Shown here: positions 30,326 through 38,819 of the stretch, in pieces
Numbering within the stretch: position 1 is the stretch's first letter
Layout: every line of letters starts with the position of its first letter
Assembly (NCBI GenBank): GCA_965204345.1
Contig: OZ241981.1
Location: 1,920,001 to 1,984,000 of the forward strand
Direction: 5' to 3'
Length of the DNA: 64,000 bases
DNA from: Nitrosopumilus sp.
GTDB lineage: Archaea > Thermoproteota > Nitrososphaeria > Nitrososphaerales > Nitrosopumilaceae
Notes under the pieces: generated by a model
What the model saw: only the letters and a program-made list of their open reading frames with translations
The model's database searches: none
Told to the model about the DNA's origin: nothing
Position numbers and translations under genes: made by a program

Positions 30326-31000
30326 TTAGAGGGGACAAGAAACTACTATTTCAACCAATTCTGAATCAGACGCATAATGTAATTTTACAGTAGTAAAATT
30401 AGGTGTTGTGTTAATTTCTTCATACTCGTCTACTAGCACTTCCTTGCCATGAACTAAATAAATGAACTCGCGAAATTCTGCGGTTCCATTGAATTCAATA
30501 CAGTAATCTTTAAGCACATTAGATTCAAGGGATGGATGCGTCACCACCAAATTCCCTTCCTCTTTTGTTGGTGTTAAAGATATATTCAAAGTATAATACT
30601 CAATCACATATTCTGGATCTGAATAAATCTCAACAGAGTCAACTACCCCTTCATTTGTTTGATATGTAATGTAATGGTAATCCCCATCATAAAAAACGGA
30701 TGTGGTAATCTGTGGTGCGTCATATTCTGAATATAACACAGTATCCCAGTTTAGGTGTTTTGCGGTTTCAAAATAAACACAAGCCCAATTAGAATTAGGC
30801 CGTAAAACAAGTACGTGCTCGGGATTAGGGCAAGTGAGAGGATCACCTACTTGCCTGTCCTCTAGAATTTCTTTTAATGAGTTAAAGTGCCCATGTCCTT
30901 GATATATTTGTCCATAAGCATCAAAGTCAAAAGTAAATTGTGTTATGGCACCCAGTATTATGAGTATTGGCAACGATGCTAAGAGAATTGTTCTGTTCAT
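30326..31000 (-). CDS. Secreted hypothetical protein with C..ACV..TA..L.W module
   Basis: Signal peptide, then TCPNPEHVLVLRPNSNWACVYFETAKHLNW. Confidence 0.75.
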   Translation of the reverse strand: MNRTILLASLPILIILGAITQFTFDFDAYGQIYQGHGHFNSLKEILEDRQVGDPLTCPNPEHVLVLRPNSNWACVYFETAKHLNWDTVLYSEYDAPQITTSVFYDGDYHYITYQTNEGVVDSVEIYSDPEYVIEYYTLNISLTPTKEEGNLVVTHPSLESNVLKDYCIEFNGTAEFREFIYLVHGKEVLVDEYEEINTTPNFTTVKLHYASDSELVEIVVSCPL

Positions 31001-31058
31001 AGTTGTGATCCAACTAGATTTGTTATTAACATTTCAAATAAAAAAAAGAAAGAGGAAA

Positions 31059-32234
31059 TCACCATTGTAGATTCAATTGTGATTTGATGTGATGATATGG
31101 TTCATATGAGGTATAACTACTACCAACCCTACTTATAGTTAAACCATAAACATCTGCATTGCCGTTAGATTGTGGTTTGAACATTGCTGAACCACTATCA
31201 CCAGGTGATGATGCTCCCCTAATTAGACCCCTATCTGATCTCTCATTGACAACTTGTCCATAATGGGCAAAACTTCCAAGTCCATCCCAAACTAAGATAG
31301 TTCCCGAGGGGGTCGGTGAATTATTTCTTGCTTGAACTGGGTATGTGGTGCCAATATCTGGAGCCCATATACTATCATACATCCAATGTCCGCCTGTAAA
31401 TTGTACAAATGCACAATCACATAAACGATCACCTATTGCTCTAGTTATGCCAACTACATCACTGCTCCTTTTTGGTTGAACAACTTGTTCATTTCCATTT
31501 GGAACTTCATGTTTTGCAATAATGAAGCCATAACCATAGTTTTTATGCAATGCTTTGAATCCCAATGTGTTTCCATAACCTGTTGAGCCTTGGTGAGCTA
31601 CTGATATTCCGCCCTTAGCTGGATGACATGACGATGTTGCATTTGGACAAGAGGTTGAATGTGTTAAAACCATTTCTTCAAAGATAGTTTCCACATCTAC
31701 CTCAATGACATTTTCTAATTCTGTAGTAAATGCATCTCGGTCTCCTGCATAACTGCTAGTCTCAAAGTCATCAGGATCAACCATGACTATCATCTTTCTG
31801 TATTTGTTTTCTGAAAATACATCATAGACACCATTTGTGTTCAGATAATTTTCAGTCAAGGTTTCCAAAGCATCATCAAAGATTGCCTGTGTCTCATCAT
31901 CTAAGATGTAAGACTCAATATTCAATTTTTCAACTTCATCAGCATTCTTCCATAGTTTGACGTTTTCTGCCTTTTTGTCTTTGATTCGTTTTTCAATTTT
32001 TATGATATCTGCACTAGATAATTTTGATTTATCTTCTAGTTTTTTGTTATCATTCTCAATTGATTCTTTGTTATCACGAATCTTTGTGTCAATGTACTTA
32101 TATTGAGAGACATAGTCTGTCATGTCTGGTTCTTTCTTTGCTTCTGCAACTCCCATACCGCTAAATGGCAATATCATTGCGGCAATCAAGGATGCAAACA
32201 GTATTGTTTTTGTTTTATTTGTTATGTTTTTCAT
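31059..32234 (-). CDS. Secreted trypsin-like (S1, alpha-lytic-type) serine protease with pro-region
   Basis: Signal peptide, coiled-coil pro-region, GFIIAKH, CDCAFV, PGDSGSA. Confidence 0.78.
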   Translation of the reverse strand: MKNITNKTKTILFASLIAAMILPFSGMGVAEAKKEPDMTDYVSQYKYIDTKIRDNKESIENDNKKLEDKSKLSSADIIKIEKRIKDKKAENVKLWKNADEVEKLNIESYILDDETQAIFDDALETLTENYLNTNGVYDVFSENKYRKMIVMVDPDDFETSSYAGDRDAFTTELENVIEVDVETIFEEMVLTHSTSCPNATSSCHPAKGGISVAHQGSTGYGNTLGFKALHKNYGYGFIIAKHEVPNGNEQVVQPKRSSDVVGITRAIGDRLCDCAFVQFTGGHWMYDSIWAPDIGTTYPVQARNNSPTPSGTILVWDGLGSFAHYGQVVNERSDRGLIRGASSPGDSGSAMFKPQSNGNADVYGLTISRVGSSYTSYEPYHHIKSQLNLQW

Positions 32235-32469
32235 GTTATTACTAACCCCTATGTGCTTTCGTTATTTAAGCAGTTATATTGAGTTACGGCATGCTTCTTT
32301 TTCAGCCAATTTATGGTGCATGCCAATTTTTTTATTATCAATAAACATTATTTCTGCAGTTTCAAGCCCTTTAAGAAATTCCTGATGTTGGCAATCAGTA
32401 ACGTAAGTGCAAAGAATGTAATGATAAATTTGGCCTATAGCGAGAAAGATGTTGTCTAAACAGGTCAAA

Positions 32470-32607
32470 AAAATATCAAAGATGAATTAGATAATTTAAG
32501 AAAATCATCTCTGAGAATTTATCGTTAAATTTCAGTAATTAATTCATCAGAATTTGTCAAACCCGGATTGAACTGTCCTATGAAATGTCTAGAGTTTGTA
32601 ACAGTGT
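32470..32607 (+). mobile_element. Family A element (5'-eroded) with 3' extension
   Basis: TAGATAATTTAAGAAAATCATCTC..AATTTA..GTTAAATTTCAGT..CATCAGAATTTGTCAAACC. Confidence 0.8.
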
Positions 32608-32673
32608 AGGATAGAAAGATCAGTTAACTTTTTGTATCAAATTACCTAAAATCAAAATAATAGTCGATGAATA

Positions 32674-33897
32674 ATGAGTAAGAGTTTTGATACTTTTGTA
32701 CATAATATAAAAAAAACATTAGAATTTTGTGAATTACGGGATTTTGAATCTATGACAGGTCATCAAAATGATGATGAATGGAAATCATTTTCCTCACATC
32801 GCTATGCGGATAAAATAAATTATGATAATAGGTTTGTTATTACAAGACAAGCTAATCCTTATTATTTCAAATGTTTGGATTATTTAATAGGGCAACTAGA
32901 CAAACCGTTTTCTGAAACATTTTACAACAAATTATTTCATGAATTTCTAGAGGAACAAAAAAGGAATAATTTTCAACTGACTGATTCTTGTAAAAAATTC
33001 ATAGACAAAATACATAGTATTAGAGAACCAGAATACAAATTTTTAATTCCCATAAGTCGCTCTCAACATTGGAAAAATTTGAATTTTGGAAAAATAAAAA
33101 TTGTTTTGCTTACTGAAGAAGTTTTAAAAGAAGAATTTAATCCATCTGATTCTCGCATTGCTAATTGTGAGGATCTCATAAAAACTAATGGCACTAATAT
33201 TTTCTCAATTGTAACAGTAAATGCCGTAGATGAAACTACTGCAAAAGAGATAGCCGAAGGGATGACTGAACGATATATTTACTCCAGAAAACTCTTAGAT
33301 CCTTTTACATTTATGCGATTAAGGAAAAATGATTTGCACCTAATTAATGAATCAATTCTAATGAGAAAAGATGATATGTTCTCTTGTGATCACTCTAATC
33401 ATGATATTCCGATAGGAAAGTCTCAATCTAAGCAATATTATGAAAAGTTAAAACCATATGAGGAAAAATTAAACAAATTCCTTTTTAATCCTACAACAGA
33501 CTTGCATAAAAAAATTTTAGATGCATTATACTGGTTTGGAGAAGTTGATCATTACAAAGACAGCAATATTAGAAAATTTTTGTCAAGAATTAATGGAATG
33601 GAAATAATTCTATTGAATAATTATACATGTCGTAAAAAATTTAAAAAGTTTGGCATTAATGCATCTTTATTTTTATACAAGGATGATACGCATGGGGTAT
33701 TTTATGAAAAGAATTATCTTAAAAGAAGCACCATAACTCATAAAACATTAGAATCCGTATCTGATCAAGAAGTATTAGATCAGATGTATGATCTAGGTGA
33801 GATTCTTTTAGCACTAATTGATCTTTCTACCAAATATTCCGATTTAGAGGGACTTTTAAAACAAGAATTTAACATAATTAATACAAATACGCCTTAG
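32674..33897 (+). CDS. ApeA-like HEPN-domain protein (putative RNase/defence effector)
   Basis: C-terminal ILDALYWFGE..KFL...GMEIIL..YLKRSTITH (Rx4H); visibly AT-rich. Confidence 0.7.
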   Translation: MSKSFDTFVHNIKKTLEFCELRDFESMTGHQNDDEWKSFSSHRYADKINYDNRFVITRQANPYYFKCLDYLIGQLDKPFSETFYNKLFHEFLEEQKRNNFQLTDSCKKFIDKIHSIREPEYKFLIPISRSQHWKNLNFGKIKIVLLTEEVLKEEFNPSDSRIANCEDLIKTNGTNIFSIVTVNAVDETTAKEIAEGMTERYIYSRKLLDPFTFMRLRKNDLHLINESILMRKDDMFSCDHSNHDIPIGKSQSKQYYEKLKPYEEKLNKFLFNPTTDLHKKILDALYWFGEVDHYKDSNIRKFLSRINGMEIILLNNYTCRKKFKKFGINASLFLYKDDTHGVFYEKNYLKRSTITHKTLESVSDQEVLDQMYDLGEILLALIDLSTKYSDLEGLLKQEFNIINTNTP

Positions 33898-34101
33898 GCA
33901 AGGAATGCCACACACTAACTACAAGCAATCTGCCATACATCTGCCATCCTGATATCATTAGATCATCTGGTAACATCTTTGGTCATCTCTGGTCACTGCA
34001 AACACATCGTATTTCTGGACCATGTTTAACATGGCGGTAAAAATCCTAGTAAAGCATACAAGCTAACAGGCATGTTTTACATACTTTACATAACCAAGTT
34101 T
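33893..34101 (-). repeat. Dispersed repeat family B, copy 2
   Basis: Reverse complement of 16740-16951; its end CTTAGG contains the HEPN gene TAG stop. Confidence 0.85.
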
Positions 34102-34184
34102 AACATACTTTACAAACCAAGTATTGCAATTTACAAATTATTTACTTAACATATGTGCCTAGCGGTATCGAAAAACCTGACCAT

Positions 34185-34225
34185 TAGTGTACAACACTAG
34201 TGTACAACACTAGTAACAACACTAA
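34185..34225. repeat. Short tandem repeat TAGTGTACAACAC x2 plus a degenerate third copy
   Basis: tagtgtacaacac-tagtgtacaacac-tagtaacaacac-taa. Confidence 0.8.
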
Positions 34226-34767
34226 TGTGCCACACAGAGTTAAATACGAAAAACCCATAGGTATGAAAATATTACGGATGCCATAAATGTTAAAATCGTG
34301 CCTAAAAAACGTGGACTAAGGTTAGATGCTGGCTTGTTATAGTCATCTATACTAAGATGATTTCTTATTATAGAAAACAGGGATATTCTATAACACGGTC
34401 CCATAACACGATTTCATGATATAATTATAAACAAAATTTCACACCTTGCCCATGATCCATGACGGGAGTTAGTATTACGCAGAGGGCAAGGTGCACACGT
34501 CGCAGTTTATAATAGGCATGGCTATTATTTATACCTCATTTATGCAATTGCCAGAATCTTTCATAAAAAATACACCCAAATTATTCTATAAAAAAGTGAT
34601 ACCAGTTCTGAAATTTCAGATATGCTTGTTTAGATACTGTAACATCATACAGGTGCATTTATCTTTGTAGCACAAACACTGTGAACAACACTTGAGACTG
34701 CAAGCTCACAGTGTTTGTAGCACAAACTATGTGACCAGTGTAAAAAATTTAACAGTAAGGAGATGAT

Positions 34768-34929
34768 ATGGAAACTATGAGAGTTGGAATTGGCGTGGAA
34801 CAGAAAAGTGTTTGTTCTGAATGTGGACATTCACTTACAAACCACATAATCACAGCAGACAGAAACTCACAAATTGTTAACGGAAAATGCAAGTCATGTC
34901 AATGTGATGGAACACTATCCATTGACTAG
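34768..34929 (+). CDS. Zinc-binding micro-protein, 53 aa, paralog 2 (not in ORF track)
   Basis: METMRVGIGVEQKSVCSECGHSLTNHIITADRNSQIVNGKCKSCQCDGTLSID; AAGGAG upstream. Confidence 0.8.
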   Translation: METMRVGIGVEQKSVCSECGHSLTNHIITADRNSQIVNGKCKSCQCDGTLSID

Positions 34930-35028
34930 TGTACAAAGTCTAGGCGTAAAATTAATGCTTTTATAAAATAAAATAAAGCAAAACATATAATCAAATGACA
35001 CTTTTAGTCAACAAAGTTAGGAATCAAG

Positions 35029-38000
35029 ATGAATAGTACTATAATTCTAGTGTTTTCTGTATTTCTTTTTGCAGGAGTCCTAGTTCCAGCACATGCACAA
35101 ATTTCTGAAAATGTGGTAATTAATGAAATAGATATCAATCCTCCCGGAGATGATTCTGCAGCTGTCTCTGAATGGATTGAACTATACAACCCGACTGATT
35201 CTGACGTTGACATTGGCGGGTGGGAAATTGCATCAACAACTGCCTTGAAAAAAACAATGACCATATCTTCAGACACTGTCATTGAACCTGGCCAATTTTT
35301 GACATATTCCTATCAAAGTCTTTGGTTTGCTGATACAAATGAATCTGTTGAACTCAGAGACGATGCCGGGGTTGTAATTGACAGCACTCCTTCGTTATCT
35401 GATACTAAAAATGATTTTACCTCTTGGCAAAGGCTCTATGATGGATATGATTCTGACAGTTCTGATGATTGGAAGTTTGTCGTATCTACAGCTGGCTCTT
35501 CAAACGGAAAACTAGTTGAAACGCAATCTTCTGAGGAATTATCTGTGACTGTTTTGGAACATGTCTCGTATATTTTTGGAGACGTTGCAGTAATTGAAGG
35601 AAGTGTTTCTAAAGAGGTTTTTGTCCTAAAGCCCTTTTTCAAGTCTGAACAAATTACTGTTACCATCACCGGTCCTGATTTTCATAAAATCATCACCTTG
35701 TATCCTGATCTTAATTTGAATTACAAAACTACTCTTAGCTTACATCAGGTATTGGGAATTAATGAGGGCACCTACAACGTATCTGTAGACTATGCCGGCG
35801 CAACTGCTGATACTAGTTTTTCAGTAGGTCATGAAATAATCAAAGAGGAAATTCAAAAAGAGGGCGACATTGGCATTCGTACCGATAAATCTCAATATCT
35901 TCCAGGCGAGACGGTCTCTATTGCTGGATTTGCAACTGATATTGTTCCTTTTCAGGGAATGAAATTTACTGTAACTGATGCCTTGGGCATTGTAGTTGAC
36001 AATGGAATTCTGTTTCCAACTGATGGTGAATTCCTGACTAGTGTTTTTCTGACCACAGTAGACCCCATTTATGGCGTTTATGACGTCTCTGCTGAATATT
36101 CTGACAAAACCATCTCTACCTCTTTTGAGGTTGTTGAGGATTTTAAAGAAAATACTGCAATATCTCTTTGGTCTGACAAGGTTGCATATCAAACAGGCGA
36201 TACAGTTACTCTTACTGGCAGGATAAATCAAGTTTGGATCAGTACATTGGATCTGCAAATTGTACAAACAAAGCAAAGTTCTATCAATACCCCTGGTAGC
36301 TATTCTGGGTTCAAAATTTTAGATAGTTTGAGAATATTGGGCGATGGCTCTTTTACATACTCGTTTGAAATTCCTGAGAATCCTTTAAGACAGGGTGATT
36401 ACAAGATTGATGTTTCCAAGGATATTGGAACTGCCTCTCTTCTTATTCACGTCGTAGATGATCCTGAAAATTTTGTCGTTTCATCTGATCGTTTAACTGT
36501 TGAAACTGATGCGCCTGTCTATGAACTTGGAGAATCTATGTCTCTTAGCGGTTTTGTTAAAAATCTCCTAACTAGTTCAAGCTATACTACCGGTTCTGTA
36601 GTTGATATCTCTGTTACTGATGAAAACGGGGATCCCATTGAAATTCTTACTCAATCTAATGTAGGCCAAAGCCCATCATTAACGTCTTATGATTTTACTG
36701 CAATTCCTGATACCTCTGGCAAATATTCAACCCAAATTGACATTGTCCCAAATTTTTTCAAAGTTGGAACTTATGTTATAACTGCACAATATAACACAGA
36801 TGTTGCAACTACCACTTTTTCTGTTGTTGATCCGTTGGATTTGAATAATAACAGATTGAGTGTTTCTATTGATAAAGACATCTATGGATTGGGAGAAGTT
36901 GTTCATTTGGATGGAATTGTTCCTCCACTAAGTGATCCATCCGTAGTCATCTCTGTCATCCGACCTGATGGAACTAGAACCGACTCTGGCGCTATACCTG
37001 AAAACCAGAGATTCTCTTTTAACTGGACTGTTCCTGCATACGAAAAACCCCCAATTTTAAAAGATGATGATGGTCGTAATGTTAGAATCTCTAATTATGG
37101 TGTCTACAAAATTACGATAGCAACTGTATCTCAAAGTACGAATCTTTTCTTTAAAGTTTCTGAGGATCCTGCTAATGACTCTTTATCCACTATTCCTCTG
37201 TTTGTTAGCACTGAAAAATCATTGTACAAGGCTGGCGAAAGATTGAAAGTTCTTGGAAATGTCATTCAACGTAGTCCGGGTAACGAAGGATTAGCTGTTA
37301 AAGAACGAGTACAACTACGAGTCATAGATGGGACATTCCCATTTGAGAAAATCCATGAGGCAAATGTTTATCCCACTCAGGGGGGAGAATTTTCAAGTTT
37401 GTTTGAATTACCTCCTACCATATTTAGTGAAGGTGAATACATAGTTCGTGCAAATTATAACAATGCTCAAACTGATACAAGATTCAGCGTAGCCAATGAT
37501 TTTGTCGTTGGAACAAACATTGATTTATCATTATTGTTGAATCTTGATAAACCACAATATCATCCTGGCGATGTTGTAGTTGTGTCTGGAAAACCTTCAA
37601 AGCTGATTTATCTTGAAAAATTTCAAGTATCCACCATCAAAAAATCTGATGCTGAAATAAATTGTGGCACTTTTATCTGTGGAACCAATACTGGTCCTGT
37701 TACCGAGATTAAACCCACACCTTCAGGTTCATTTGTACATGAATTTATGATTCCAAATGATGTCTCATCTATTGGTTCATATGAAACAACAGTAGATGCT
37801 GGTTTTGAAATCCGTTCCATTACATTTGATGTGATTGCAAAGCCCTCTTCAACATTGGATACTGTGATTGTAAAAGAAAATAGGATTTCTGAATCTGTCA
37901 TTTCTATTCCTACCGGGGAAAAAGCCGACGATGATGGTGTTTCTATTGCTCCTAGAGTGCTTACTGGTTCCTTGATTACTCCTTCTAGGGGAGAAGAATC

Positions 38001-38295
38001 AAATGTCAACCTTAAAGTATCCTCTGAAAACGGAACCTGCATTGTTGGCCCTGATGCTGACTGTCTGGTACAAGAATCTACTAGAAAACCAGGCCAAATT
38101 TATGATGTTGTTACTGTGGATGGATTAGATTACAATGTTAGGTACAGCGGCCCTGACGTACGCCTTGAAAAATTCAGTATTTTGCCTGAATCCCCTGATG
38201 AATTCCTGCCTGACACTAATTGGAGTGTTAAAGTAGTAAAAGACGAACAAATTTCACGATTTTATTACAAAATAACCTACAAAACTTTGGAATAG
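35029..38295 (+). CDS. Large secreted surface protein: lamin-tail domain + repeated MG2/Ig-like domains
   Basis: Signal peptide; VVINEIDINP..EWIELYNP (LTD); repeated TDK..Y..GE/DTV.I.G units. Confidence 0.85.
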   Translation: MNSTIILVFSVFLFAGVLVPAHAQISENVVINEIDINPPGDDSAAVSEWIELYNPTDSDVDIGGWEIASTTALKKTMTISSDTVIEPGQFLTYSYQSLWFADTNESVELRDDAGVVIDSTPSLSDTKNDFTSWQRLYDGYDSDSSDDWKFVVSTAGSSNGKLVETQSSEELSVTVLEHVSYIFGDVAVIEGSVSKEVFVLKPFFKSEQITVTITGPDFHKIITLYPDLNLNYKTTLSLHQVLGINEGTYNVSVDYAGATADTSFSVGHEIIKEEIQKEGDIGIRTDKSQYLPGETVSIAGFATDIVPFQGMKFTVTDALGIVVDNGILFPTDGEFLTSVFLTTVDPIYGVYDVSAEYSDKTISTSFEVVEDFKENTAISLWSDKVAYQTGDTVTLTGRINQVWISTLDLQIVQTKQSSINTPGSYSGFKILDSLRILGDGSFTYSFEIPENPLRQGDYKIDVSKDIGTASLLIHVVDDPENFVVSSDRLTVETDAPVYELGESMSLSGFVKNLLTSSSYTTGSVVDISVTDENGDPIEILTQSNVGQSPSLTSYDFTAIPDTSGKYSTQIDIVPNFFKVGTYVITAQYNTDVATTTFSVVDPLDLNNNRLSVSIDKDIYGLGEVVHLDGIVPPLSDPSVVISVIRPDGTRTDSGAIPENQRFSFNWTVPAYEKPPILKDDDGRNVRISNYGVYKITIATVSQSTNLFFKVSEDPANDSLSTIPLFVSTEKSLYKAGERLKVLGNVIQRSPGNEGLAVKERVQLRVIDGTFPFEKIHEANVYPTQGGEFSSLFELPPTIFSEGEYIVRANYNNAQTDTRFSVANDFVVGTNIDLSLLLNLDKPQYHPGDVVVVSGKPSKLIYLEKFQVSTIKKSDAEINCGTFICGTNTGPVTEIKPTPSGSFVHEFMIPNDVSSIGSYETTVDAGFEIRSITFDVIAKPSSTLDTVIVKENRISESVISIPTGEKADDDGVSIAPRVLTGSLITPSRGEESNVNLKVSSENGTCIVGPDADCLVQESTRKPGQIYDVVTVDGLDYNVRYSGPDVRLEKFSILPESPDEFLPDTNWSVKVVKDEQISRFYYKITYKTLE

Positions 38296-38327
38296 CTTTT
38301 AAAATGATTTTATAATTTTTAATTAAA

Positions 38328-38819
38328 ATGAAATTACAGGTTTTGATGCTTTATCAAGATGATCCCAAAAAGTGTACAGCGGCAAAAATGGTAAAGTTTG
38401 GTCTTGTACAAAACATCAAGAAAATCGGAACCAAGGGATTGGTGTTGGATCCTTTCTCTGAAAAAACACTATTGCCTAGAGATAAGTCCACAATTCGCTC
38501 TATTATTGGAATTGATTGTTCGTGGAATCTTGCAAATCAGGCCTTTTCTGCAAAATTTGCCGGCATCAAAAGAAAATTGCCTCCCTTACTAGCTGGCAAC
38601 CCTGTAAATTATTCAAAACTAAACAAACTAACTACGGCTGAGGCAATATCTGCATCCCTGTTTGTTTTGGGATTTGAGGACCAAGCTATGAAGCTACTTG
38701 ACAAATTCAAATGGGGCCACACGTTTTATGAACTCAATCAAAATCTTCTAAAAGAATACTCTAAACTTGAAAATGAAAGCCAGATTGAACTAATTCTCAA
38801 GGATTATGGGTTGGGCTGA
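38328..38819 (+). CDS. tsr3: 16S rRNA aminocarboxypropyltransferase Tsr3 (DUF367)
   Basis: QDDPKKCTA, IDCSW, RKLPPLLAGNPVNY, FKWGHTF. Confidence 0.92.
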   Translation: MKLQVLMLYQDDPKKCTAAKMVKFGLVQNIKKIGTKGLVLDPFSEKTLLPRDKSTIRSIIGIDCSWNLANQAFSAKFAGIKRKLPPLLAGNPVNYSKLNKLTTAEAISASLFVLGFEDQAMKLLDKFKWGHTFYELNQNLLKEYSKLENESQIELILKDYGLG

